DNA of 64,000 nt from Vairimorpha necatrix (Eukaryota), in contig CP142734.1 in assembly GCA_036630325.1 (NCBI GenBank), positions 62,001 to 126,000 on the forward strand. The letters run 5' to 3'. Both the position numbers and the translations under genes were made by a program. A model generated the notes under the pieces. It was given only the letters and a program-made list of their open reading frames with translations. It made no database searches and was not told where the DNA came from. Positions 37,401-47,351 of the stretch are shown one piece after another. Each line of letters begins with the position of its first letter. Position 1 is the stretch's first letter.

Positions 37401-37735
37401 AGCTTTGGTTTTGTGTAACTTAATTCGAAATTATCGTCAGAAAATTTTTTAGAATTCATTTAACTCCCCGAGAAATTTCAAGACATTTAATCATCTAAAA
37501 ATTATAAATAATTTCGTAAATGTGTTTTATAAGCGTTTAGGAGACATAAAAAAAATTTGCATAGGAAATAATTTCTACTATTGTTGCGAAACATAGTAAT
37601 TTTTTTTCTATATTCTTACTTTACATATGTAATCTAAATTAAAAAATAAAAAAACAAATCAACCAGTTCCGTTTTTTAAACGGGAAGGGATACGCTAGTT
37701 TTTACAGATATAAAATAATTTTTTTTTAATTTACT

Positions 37736-38923
37736 TTACGCGGTCAACACCTTTAAACGATGCCTATAATCATTATAAATATTACTTGCACGATCAAAAA
37801 TATTTCTGTTGCTAGGAGCCATCTCAGCAGTTGTTGGATTTACAGTTTCTGGTGTCTGAGAAACATCTTCTTCGTTTAGTTTTCTAAAATAATTCTTGCC
37901 TACACGCAAGATATTTTTAAATAAGCCTTTTTTATAAGGCTTTGGATTAGTTGCCTGCACAGGATCTTCAACAATGGGACCTTGCACAGGTTCATTAGGT
38001 TGAACTGGAGGTATAGTGTTCTGCACATATTCATTTGGTTGTTGATTCATAGTAGGTAACTTATTTTGCACATAGTTTGAAAAAGAATCAAAGCGTCTCA
38101 TAAATCGATTACGTGTTTTCGGACCAGGACTTTGATTTGGTGGTATGTCAATTGCCTGTGGATTTTCTTCTACAATGTTAGATTGCGGATTTGTTTCCAC
38201 AAATTTCGCTTGTGGATTATCATGTCTCTCCATCCAATCTCTACCTTCTTCTTTACCAATGTTTTTTATATGCTCGAAATCATCTTTATTATGTTGTCCA
38301 TTTTCTTGTACTTCTTGTGCACTAATATTAGGCTCAATATATAGTTTTACGCCGAAATTGTCTCCTCCAAATCCAGGTTTAGGACACTCCTTGGCCTCAA
38401 ATTCTCCGTTATTATCATGTAGACAGAAGTTTGTTCCTTTTATACCTATCGTAGCACTGTGTGCATTATTAGTTTTTAAATAAAATATTAATCTGTCGTC
38501 TTCGTTTATATTTTTCTCTTCATTTTCTTCTTCCTCTTCCTTATTTTCTTTTTCCTCTTTGCCTTCTTTAGCCTTTTTAATATCTTTACACTTCGCACTT
38601 TCAGTGTCGTGGGTTATAGTACATATAGCTTCATTAGTTAATTTATTGTCTACTTTTTCGAGTTTAAGTTTTTTTGTCGTTTTATCAAAAGTCAATGATT
38701 GTCCATCTTTAGTAAGTAAGCCGAAATACGGACTATTATCATCGGAATACACAAGTATATACTCATTTAATTTAACATTCTTTTCATCTTCATTGTATGG
38801 AATGACAAAAGTTTTGTTAAAACTAAACTTTGCAGGGACATTGCACAATATATTAGAGATAAAGAACAAATACATGAACTTGTATGAGACTGAATTAATT
38901 AATTTATATTTGTTATGAAACAT
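37736..38923 (-). CDS. Secreted protein, paralogue of 34846-35934, P/Q/N-rich tail
   Basis: True start probably 38875 (MYLFFISNILC); N-terminal ~250 aa align with the paralogue. Confidence 0.85.
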   Translation of the reverse strand: MFHNKYKLINSVSYKFMYLFFISNILCNVPAKFSFNKTFVIPYNEDEKNVKLNEYILVYSDDNSPYFGLLTKDGQSLTFDKTTKKLKLEKVDNKLTNEAICTITHDTESAKCKDIKKAKEGKEEKENKEEEEENEEKNINEDDRLIFYLKTNNAHSATIGIKGTNFCLHDNNGEFEAKECPKPGFGGDNFGVKLYIEPNISAQEVQENGQHNKDDFEHIKNIGKEEGRDWMERHDNPQAKFVETNPQSNIVEENPQAIDIPPNQSPGPKTRNRFMRRFDSFSNYVQNKLPTMNQQPNEYVQNTIPPVQPNEPVQGPIVEDPVQATNPKPYKKGLFKNILRVGKNYFRKLNEEDVSQTPETVNPTTAEMAPSNRNIFDRASNIYNDYRHRLKVLTA

Positions 38924-39748
38924 GTTTTTGTTTCAAAAATTATGATAAATAAATAATCAAGATTTTTGTTTAAGAACATAGGTAAAAAACATCGAAATAC
39001 ATGATTTAATTTTGATCGAGATTATTATTTAATCATGATTTTAATTCTAATCTTTTGGTAGCCAGTATGGATGGTACTTAGGTTCCGCATTATCTTAGTT
39101 TGACATGATAGATGCCTTATATTTTACGAGATATATTCTTTAAAGTTTATGTCGCGGTTATGTGCCGAATAAAAGCTTTATTATTTTTAGTATGCCAATC
39201 AATTTTTATAAATTTCTAATACCTTTACACCTTAACACATAAATCAATGTTGTAGATTTAAAACACCAGTAAAGACAATGTATTGGTTAATATATCGACC
39301 TATCTAAAAAACATACACGACAAAACTTAGGTATAAACATTTTTATAGTATCTTCCTATGTGTCTATTTTTCATTTAAGTCTTAGACAAGAGTATCATTT
39401 TACACGTATTTATCAGAGACTTTCTCTAAATAGAAGCATGGAATAATACAATTTACACTGTAATTATTATTTAAAAAGTTTACAAATAAAATATGAAACA
39501 AACAAACTCTTTATTGAAAATATAAATAGAGCACTAACACCATGTAAATGTCATATTTACATTAATCTCGATACTAGAAAAATATATACAGATATTTTTG
39601 TCGAGTAAAGATGTTATCAAAATATATTATCTGAGATCTTTACTAAGGGGTGCATGTCATTTTTATATATACTGTGATATTATTTATCAGTAAACATTTA
39701 TTCTAGAATAGGGGCTATAAATAATTATTATTTCACTCAACATCCCCC

Positions 39749-40723
39749 TCATTCAAAATAATCCTCTACTATTAGCTTAAGTTGCGAGCCATGTCGCTTT
39801 ATAGTTTTATTATGGACCTTAACGTTATAAGAATTATTTCCTAAAATATTAATAATTATACCTTGCGATTCAAATCTAGGTTTTCCCTTTGTTAAATCGG
39901 TTTCTCTTCTAATTATAACTCTATCTCCCTCTTTAAAAATAAATTCAGCTCCTCTTTTCTTCTGTCGTTGGTTGAATTTTACGATTTCTTCGAATTGTTT
40001 TAGTTTAATCTCCTGAGCTCTCTTAGGATTACATGCTTCGTCTGGCGACATGCCAAGAGCGGAGTGTCTAACATTATTGTATACATCTAGTACACGCTTA
40101 GTTTTTGTCTTCAAATTTCCAAAACTATTATCTTTATATATACCTTCCTGTATTGTCCTATTAAATCTTTCTATTCTTCCGTTTGATTGGTGATGAAAAG
40201 GGGAAATATAATGAATTTGAACATTATTTCTCGTTGCCCATTGTTTTACCTCAATACTCAAATTTTCTTTTGACTGATCAAGAATTAGTATTTTAATCTT
40301 TATGTCATTATAAACTTCATCAAAAAATTTCACTAGCTTATTACTCTCTCTAGTAGTAATGACTTTAGCCCATGCTTTCCTTGTAAAATAGTCGATCGCC
40401 GCAATTATATAGCTTCCATTGATTGGTCCTATAATATCGGCAGCTACCTTTTCGCCAGGTTCGTATGCTGTCACAAATATAAATTTTTTTCCTCTTTGTG
40501 GATTGTACATCTTACATCTTAGACATTTATTAATTTCCGTTTTTACCATATGCGACATATCTTTCCAATGATATTTTTTCCTTAATTCATTTTCAATAAC
40601 TTTTGATCCTCTGTGAACTAATTCTATATGTTTATTCCTTATGATAGACCTTTTTTCTTCTTCGCTAAATTCAATCATATTTATTTCATCCGTATTTAAC
40701 TCATTAAGATAAGATCTTGACAA
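39749..40723 (-). CDS. Integrase part of the same polyprotein
   Basis: HHCC; ADIIGP..IDYFT, LDQ, SNGRIERFNRT (DDE). Confidence 0.93.
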   Translation of the reverse strand: MSRSYLNELNTDEINMIEFSEEEKRSIIRNKHIELVHRGSKVIENELRKKYHWKDMSHMVKTEINKCLRCKMYNPQRGKKFIFVTAYEPGEKVAADIIGPINGSYIIAAIDYFTRKAWAKVITTRESNKLVKFFDEVYNDIKIKILILDQSKENLSIEVKQWATRNNVQIHYISPFHHQSNGRIERFNRTIQEGIYKDNSFGNLKTKTKRVLDVYNNVRHSALGMSPDEACNPKRAQEIKLKQFEEIVKFNQRQKKRGAEFIFKEGDRVIIRRETDLTKGKPRFESQGIIINILGNNSYNVKVHNKTIKRHGSQLKLIVEDYFE

Positions 40724-42978
40724 ACAATCGACGTGAGGAATATCTGTCCCCTTTTGTACTCGATCGTGTAATTATACTCACTCAATTTATCAAGCCACCT
40801 TTGTATACGTAACGATTTTATTTCGCCTTTATTTAGGACCTCTAGAGCTTTGTGATCAGTTATTACTTTAAACTCATTTCCATATAAAAAATATCTAAAA
40901 TTTTCCATTCCCCATAGGACACCCAAGCATTCTTTCTCGCTGATACTGTAATTTCTTTCCGCTGGAACCAATCTTCTAGAAGCGTACGCGATTGGGTACA
41001 CATGCCCTTCATTTTCTTGTGACAAGATCGCTCCCAGACCAGAGTCACATGCATCCGTTTCTAATATGTAAGGTTTACTAAAATCTGGCTGTTTAAGCAC
41101 ACTGCTCGACAATACAATTTTCTTTAATGTATTAAAAGCAGCATCCTGTTCCTTCCCCCAATTAAATTGAATATCATTTTTTGTAAGATCATATAAACAT
41201 CCTCCGATTTTTGAACAATTAGGAATAAATTTTCTATAATAATTAATAAGTCCCAGAAATTCTTGCAGTGATTTTTTATTGATTGGTCTTTTCATATCGT
41301 TAATTGCTTGGTCCCGTGTAATTTTTGGCTTAATTTCGTTATATGCTATTAAATGTCCCAAAAAGGTAAGTTCTTTAACCTTATATATTGTTTTATCCTC
41401 ATTAATACCTAAGTTATAGCTTTTAAGCTTTGTTATGATCTTCTCATAATTAAAATCATGTTCTTCCTCGTTTTCTCCAAAAACCAGTATGTCATCCACA
41501 TACACGAAGCAACTTTTCCCTATTTCTTCTTGTAAAACATCATCTATAAATCTTTGAAAAATTGCCGGAGCATTTTTAAACCCCATTGGCATAACGTTCC
41601 ATTCATATAATAGGTGCTTAAATCTGAAAGCGGTCTTATATCTATCTTTTTCCGCTAATTCTATACAAAAAAATGCATCTTTTAAATCCAATTTACTAAA
41701 ATATTTTTTTCCACGAAGCCCGTATAAAAGCTTATCAATGTGTGGTAAGGAGTAATTATCTAGCTCTACCAATTTGTTTAACGAAACTAAATTTGTAGTA
41801 ACTCTTATAGAACCATCTGGTTTAATTACTGGTCTTAAATTATTCAAACACGTTGATTTTGATTTTCTTATGTAATTTTTCCTTAGTAGTTCTTTGATAG
41901 ATTTTTCCACTCCTTCTTCTAACTTTTTTGGTAGTGTATAGACCTTTTCAACAATTTTTTCTCCTTTTATCGTATTTATTTCACAAATTCTATTGCTAGA
42001 CACCCTTTTCAATATTTCTTGTAATGTCTTTTTTCCTACAAGTATTTTAAATTTTTCCACCTTAGGGAATATAAAAAATTTAGAACGATAACTTTTACCA
42101 CCATAAGAGAAATCTAATATCACATATTCTGTAATCCCGAATCTTTCTTCTAAACATGTTAAAAAATATATTTCCTCTGTACTTCTATAAATTTTTAAAG
42201 TTAGTTCAGAAGCAGCCTTTTTACTCATAAAATTATAGTAAGAACCCGAGTCAAAAGTTACATTAATTTTTTCATTATAAACATATATTAAATCTTCTTT
42301 ATTGTTAATAAAGTTTGCATCCAACATTCCGCCTTCTTGGTGGATCTCATTTATCCTTTTATACTGTAGTTGTTTACCATCAGTTATTTTCTTCTTCGCA
42401 AAACAGTCTTTAGCGATATGCCCATCCTTGTGGCAAAAATAACATGAATATCTTTTGTTGATGTTATTGGAGGCAGGTTGTCTTATTTTTGTTATATCGT
42501 TATTTCCCTTTTCCATTTCATCAATTATTTCAAGGAATTCTTTATTAATTTCATATTGCCCCGTTAATACCATTTTTATAGCCTTATATCTTGATAGGAT
42601 TCCATTTCTTATTATCTTCCTTTTATTCGTATTTCTGATATTTTCCTTTAGACATTTCTTTTCTACATCTTTGATAAATTCCACAATACTTTGGTTTTCT
42701 TTTTGTTTTAAAGTATATAATTCGTACAATCCAGTACCGCAGTCAAATTTCGTTTCTGCCAACTCTTTCCACATTTCAAATGTTAAGGAACATTTCCGTT
42801 TCTCCTTCATTAACTTACTATGCCAATCTAGTATCTCAATGTTGGCTTTATGAATAAAATAATCAATTTTTTCCTCATTTGATAATTTATTAAAACTGGA
42901 AAGTAAAGAAGCTCTTTGTAGCTCCTGCAAGATATTTTCACTACTAATCTCTGTTTTCATATTCTCCACCATAAACAT
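40696..42978 (-). CDS. Gag-PR-RT-RNaseH polyprotein (frameshifted at ~40750)
   Basis: CYFCHKDGHIAKDC, FDSGS, LDLKDAF, YVDD, LETDA, EKECL, TDHKAL. Confidence 0.93.
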   Translation of the reverse strand: MFMVENMKTEISSENILQELQRASLLSSFNKLSNEEKIDYFIHKANIEILDWHSKLMKEKRKCSLTFEMWKELAETKFDCGTGLYELYTLKQKENQSIVEFIKDVEKKCLKENIRNTNKRKIIRNGILSRYKAIKMVLTGQYEINKEFLEIIDEMEKGNNDITKIRQPASNNINKRYSCYFCHKDGHIAKDCFAKKKITDGKQLQYKRINEIHQEGGMLDANFINNKEDLIYVYNEKINVTFDSGSYYNFMSKKAASELTLKIYRSTEEIYFLTCLEERFGITEYVILDFSYGGKSYRSKFFIFPKVEKFKILVGKKTLQEILKRVSSNRICEINTIKGEKIVEKVYTLPKKLEEGVEKSIKELLRKNYIRKSKSTCLNNLRPVIKPDGSIRVTTNLVSLNKLVELDNYSLPHIDKLLYGLRGKKYFSKLDLKDAFFCIELAEKDRYKTAFRFKHLLYEWNVMPMGFKNAPAIFQRFIDDVLQEEIGKSCFVYVDDILVFGENEEEHDFNYEKIITKLKSYNLGINEDKTIYKVKELTFLGHLIAYNEIKPKITRDQAINDMKRPINKKSLQEFLGLINYYRKFIPNCSKIGGCLYDLTKNDIQFNWGKEQDAAFNTLKKIVLSSSVLKQPDFSKPYILETDACDSGLGAILSQENEGHVYPIAYASRRLVPAERNYSISEKECLGVLWGMENFRYFLYGNEFKVITDHKALEVLNKGEIKSLRIQRWLDKLSEYNYTIEYKRGQIFLTSIVCQDLILMS

Positions 42979-43149
42979 TTATTCTAGAATAGGGGCTATA
43001 AATAATTATTATTTCACTCAACAATCAGAAAAATGATTAATAATTAATCGGAATTTTATCCTATACACATTTATTCTTTTGCAATTCTCATGCCATTTTA
43101 TGTAGTGTTTCTTTCTCTCCAGCTTTTTCCTGGTCGTATTCTAGGTTTA

Positions 43150-43440
43150 AATAAAGACTCACTGAGCCTCGATTCAATATTTAAAGTTTTCAATTTAACC
43201 CCTCTAGTCTTAGATTTAGACTATTAAGCATTATCTAGTACAATAGGCTTGAAAAGTCTTTAAATGATTATTGCTGTTGATGTATTTTCTGTGATATTTG
43301 GTCACCACTCCATCCCATATATATATTTTGTTCCATGTAAATGACAATCTAATCTTAACTAGAATATTTTATCTATCTTTAAATTCTCGATTATAGTTAG
43401 TTTATTTATTTCACTAGTAATTGTTGGAATGAAAACATGA
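43150..43440 (-). mobile_element. Non-LTR retrotransposon endonuclease remnant
   Basis: TTTCTGTGATATTTGGTCACCACTCCATCCCAT identical to ~59797-59829; boundaries approximate. Confidence 0.7.
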
Positions 43441-43878
43441 GTTTATTTATTAATGAATAAATTATAGGGTCAAATATTTAAAAATAAGGGCACGTTATAT
43501 TTGACATGTGTTGCACTTCCCTTAGAATTAGTTTTCTTTTATTTTGTTTATTCTTTGTCAATATTATAATAATAAACAGAGCAATATGCGCTTAAACCCT
43601 CGTTTGTTTCGACCACACTTGGTATATGTACAGTACTTAGCTTTATTTATAATTATTAAGACTATATACCGCCCAAAGAAAAGAACTCTTTCTTTACAGT
43701 ATGCTTAATTTGTCCTTTAAAAACAAGATTCAAAATTAAAACCTTATGGTTTACTATATTTTAGAATTGTCCATATTTTATTTGCATAAATCTAAAACAA
43801 ACAAACTCTTTTTTAAAAGTATAAATAGAGAAAAAAACAGCATGAAAACATGATATCAGATTTTTATATCCCAATGGT

Positions 43879-44556
43879 TTATTTGACAGATACAGTAGAT
43901 ATTATTTGACTCACTGTTTCATCTTCTACTCGCCTTATCTCATCCTTGCTTATCACATGTGACATGACTTTATTCTTGTCACTCTGGACTACTGTCCCCA
44001 GTCCACTCACACTCCTGAATATTATGTCTTCTTCCTCACATTTTTCTAAGTACTCGCAGACACTCACGCTCTTCTGGCCCACAGCCCCGCATTTATATTC
44101 CGAATAATTCCCATCAGGCTCCAGTACATATATTTTCGCCATATCCTTGACTTGTAGTAAAATGCTCCGTATTCCAAAAGGCCTCATAGACGAATCAAGG
44201 GTAAATTTCTGTTTATAGAGACTGAGTTCATAGGCCAGTTCATCAAAGGAAATATTTGTACCAGTCTTGATTTTATAATTCCGGCAGATGAGCCTTGCCT
44301 CGTTTAGTACTTTGTAGGAGTCTGGTTTTATACCTGAGAAAGTGTACCAGATGTTTAGATCTTTGTCTACAGGGAGTAGTTTGTTCTGGTCAATGAGCAT
44401 TTTGTTATGTGTCTTGGTTTCTATACTAAGACATATTTCATTAGTGTCACTGCTGAATACTACCAGGGATCCCTGTTCACTTGCCTGTTGGGCGTATTCT
44501 ACTTGGATGAGTCTGCCATCTGGGCTGAATATTCCTAGAGCATTTTCATATTCCAT
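43879..44556 (-). CDS. PRE6: 20S proteasome alpha subunit (alpha4/PSMA7-like)
   Basis: YENALGIFSPDGRLIQVEYAQQA alpha signature; KQKFT..RPFG; subtype call less certain. Confidence 0.88.
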   Translation of the reverse strand: MEYENALGIFSPDGRLIQVEYAQQASEQGSLVVFSSDTNEICLSIETKTHNKMLIDQNKLLPVDKDLNIWYTFSGIKPDSYKVLNEARLICRNYKIKTGTNISFDELAYELSLYKQKFTLDSSMRPFGIRSILLQVKDMAKIYVLEPDGNYSEYKCGAVGQKSVSVCEYLEKCEEEDIIFRSVSGLGTVVQSDKNKVMSHVISKDEIRRVEDETVSQIISTVSVK

Positions 44557-44767
44557 GAGATTTAAGGGGATAAAAAATTGACAATATGTATGAAATATAA
44601 GAATAATGTAGATAATAAGATATGGTATTAGATAATAAGATATGGTATATATTACTTATATAATATCACACTACATTAAGATAAAATAACACACTACATT
44701 TAGATATAATAATACAATACAATTAGATATAATAACACACTACATTGATATAATAGAGATATGGTTG

Positions 44768-45532
44768 TTATAAGTTAGTGTTGTTTAATAAGTCTATTAT
44801 CTTCTTATTCTTCTTATAAGTCTCATCTGCTAAGAAGCACACACTGTTCCCATCATATTCTACTTTGACTCTGCTCATCTCATGCTCCTTCCCGTCTATA
44901 AGGACTAGTCCCCCCTCACAGGACACTTCTACTGTATCCTTGATATTCACCACTAGTGGCCTGAAGAGACTCTTACAGGGGGCGACTAGATTTATCAAGT
45001 AGACATCATCAGTCAGGAGCAGTGGCCCATGGATAGAGTGATTGTAGGCTGATGACCCAGTCATAGTGGAGATTATCAGACTATCTCCCTTGAGGACTAA
45101 TTTATCAATCTTGTCCTTTATAGAAATCTCAAATGTATTGAGTCTCCTGACTCTGGAAGTGACTACGATCTCATTCAAGAAATAATGAGTACTATTTATT
45201 ACTAAGCGCCTTCTCTCTATCTTCATCATAGATCTATCAGATAAGTCTTCTACTGTATGATCTTTATTATATGTTGTAAGAAATCCCAGTGTCCCATGAT
45301 TTACTGGTATGATACAAGGTAGAGACTTGTAGAGTTGACAGAGTCTCAGGATAGTCCCGTCTCCTCCTAGTACTATGATGGCTCTGTATTTATCTAGTAG
45401 AGGCATGGAGGACTCTATGTCTTGTAGAGTACTAATATGACTAGTAAGATGCCTGAATTTAGAGTGATCAGTTTCTTCAGACTTTGTTACTATCAAGAAC
45501 ATACAAAAAGAGAGGGATAAGAAAAACAACAT
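44768..45532 (-). CDS. NAD(H) kinase
   Basis: LGGDGTIL, GTLGFL, LNE, GDSLIISTMTGSSAYNHS, DG motifs. Confidence 0.95.
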   Translation of the reverse strand: MLFFLSLSFCMFLIVTKSEETDHSKFRHLTSHISTLQDIESSMPLLDKYRAIIVLGGDGTILRLCQLYKSLPCIIPVNHGTLGFLTTYNKDHTVEDLSDRSMMKIERRRLVINSTHYFLNEIVVTSRVRRLNTFEISIKDKIDKLVLKGDSLIISTMTGSSAYNHSIHGPLLLTDDVYLINLVAPCKSLFRPLVVNIKDTVEVSCEGGLVLIDGKEHEMSRVKVEYDGNSVCFLADETYKKNKKIIDLLNNTNL

Positions 45533-45641
45533 AGTAGTATCAACATAGTAAAGTACTGTTATTCTTATACTAAAATAGCGTTATAGTACTATAAGAACTT
45601 GTTTACTTAATTTTATATGTTGTTGTTTTCTTATCCCCCTT

Positions 45642-46376
45642 ATGGATAAAATACTCTTTAAAGGACTAGATCTCAAATCTAAACCCAGTAAGGCCAGATC
45701 TTATAAAATATCCAATCTTGATAATCTCAGACCAGTGAGACTATTTGACAAGGAATACCAGAATATTATCTACCCACTTGTAAAAGACAAGAAGAGTGTG
45801 GTCATAGAGAATTATTTATCAGTAGACAGAGTAAAAGAGACCAGAGAAGTACTAGAATATCTCAAATATAAAGACATAAAGACAATCACTAATGATACTA
45901 CCACTATTTCTAGTTCAGATTATTTAATATTTGATGCATGTTATATAAAAACAGACATACCTCACATAATATTAAATAATACTAATCTGACTAGTAGTAC
46001 TAGTAAGATTAAGTTTATTTATAGACATAAATTTATAAATGGCACTAGGGAGAATATTAAACATCTAGTCCTGGATCAATTAATAGATCCAAATAGTACT
46101 GTCATATACGCACGAGACAGGGACAAATTAGTAAAGAGATTTGGGAATATAAAAATAGTAGACGACTCTAGTGAGGAAATGTACTCCTGTAGAAGATTCA
46201 TATTCTACGACTTAACAGACATGAGTAAAATACTAGGGAGGATACAGTGGAGAGACGACTTGACTATCTTCAGCGTGTACACGCAGGAGGAGAAAGAACA
46301 AGTCAAAGAGCTCATCAAGAAAATAAGGGACAAAGTGACCATAGACAAAGACATAGAAGAAATGACAAATAATTGA
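45642..46376 (+). CDS. Hypothetical protein (weak resemblance to a degenerate RecA-like/helicase fold)
   Basis: 244-aa ORF, CCCCC before the ATG, divergent from NAD kinase; no intact helicase motifs. Confidence 0.75.
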   Translation: MDKILFKGLDLKSKPSKARSYKISNLDNLRPVRLFDKEYQNIIYPLVKDKKSVVIENYLSVDRVKETREVLEYLKYKDIKTITNDTTTISSSDYLIFDACYIKTDIPHIILNNTNLTSSTSKIKFIYRHKFINGTRENIKHLVLDQLIDPNSTVIYARDRDKLVKRFGNIKIVDDSSEEMYSCRRFIFYDLTDMSKILGRIQWRDDLTIFSVYTQEEKEQVKELIKKIRDKVTIDKDIEEMTNN

Positions 46377-46519
46377 GATAAAGAATATTTATTTGATATA
46401 GTTTAGATACTATGTAAAATACAATATATTTAAGTTGAGATTATAATATAGAGAAGATACTATATATTATATAATATGGGGTAAATTAATTTAAGACAAA
46501 ATATATAAGTATAATGTAA

Positions 46520-46700
46520 GTATAATATAAGTATAATATAATATAATATAATATAATATAATATAATATAATATAATATAATATAATATAATATAATATA
46601 ATATAATATAATATAATATAATATAATATAATATAATATAATATAATATAATATAATATAATATAATATAATATAATATAATATAATATAATATAATATA
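46520..46700. repeat. (TATAA)n microsatellite
   Basis: More than 30 near-perfect pentamer units. Confidence 0.97.
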
Positions 46701-46721
46701 TGTAATATATTTAAGTTTTAT

Positions 46722-47351
46722 TTACCTCTTTAATATTTCAAGTATATTCTCATTCAAGTCACTTACTTCTTTAATACTCCCAAATATCCTCTCCATATCT
46801 CCCTCTAGTCTTTTCACAATATTCAAAATCCTTATCTCTTCCTTACTTATCTCCCTTAAGGAATATTCTCTCATTAACTCATTCTTAAAATATCTAAACA
46901 TCTCATCACTCAACATCTCAATCTTCTCTTTAATATACTCATGAAAACTGAGTACTGTCTTAAAATCAATATTAAACTGTACTTCTTTACTTGATACAAA
47001 CTGGTGTACATTAAAAGATCTAAAAACTTTTAATACATTAAAAATTTTATCATATAAAACTTTATCAGCTCTATTATTTCTAACTTCTTCGTCAATAACA
47101 TTTACAAAAGACTTCATGTTATTAGTCAACTTATCGAAAGATTCAGCCCAATTGAGGACAAATGACTGAATATTAAAAAATAAACTTTTTTCATTTTCAT
47201 TTTTAAATTTCAATATTAAATTACCAAACTGACCGGGAAATATCTTCTTACTGCCGTCTTGGTTGTAATCCCACTCATAATTAGTAGAAAGTGGATGTAT
47301 ATTAGTGGATAGAGATGAACAAATAGTAAAGCTAAGAATAATCAAATACAT
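46722..47351 (-). CDS. Secreted hypothetical protein, paralogue of 52485-53198
   Basis: Signal peptide; W..N..GSKKI...FGN..LKFKNE.EK and LEILKR terminus shared. Confidence 0.85.
   Translation of the reverse strand: MYLIILSFTICSSLSTNIHPLSTNYEWDYNQDGSKKIFPGQFGNLILKFKNENEKSLFFNIQSFVLNWAESFDKLTNNMKSFVNVIDEEVRNNRADKVLYDKIFNVLKVFRSFNVHQFVSSKEVQFNIDFKTVLSFHEYIKEKIEMLSDEMFRYFKNELMREYSLREISKEEIRILNIVKRLEGDMERIFGSIKEVSDLNENILEILKR

Larger units (their letters stand above)
39691..43023 (-). mobile_element. Near-intact Ty3/Gypsy retrotransposon (3333 bp) with identical 52-bp LTRs
   Basis: LTRs 39691-39742 and 42972-43023; TSD ATCAG on both sides; PBS TGGTGGAGAAT (42961-42971, tRNA-Ala-like); PPT GAGGGGGA; order Gag-CCHC, PR (FDSGS), RT (YVDD), RH, IN. 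Confidence 0.97.

Noticed and set aside
40745-40758. Programmed -1 frameshift between RNase H and integrase
   Set aside because: No in-phase X XXY YYZ heptamer and an atypical position; a 1-nt homopolymer deletion or sequencing error is simpler
44600-44765. Short AT-rich tandem repeats (also 47485-47600)
   Set aside because: Low-complexity intergenic slippage repeats with no further structure
45642-46376. DEAD-box helicase call
   Set aside because: No Walker A, DEAD or HRxGR motifs; resemblance too weak without a profile search
46520-46700. Telomere or special element
   Set aside because: Simple internal (TATAA)n microsatellite between convergent genes
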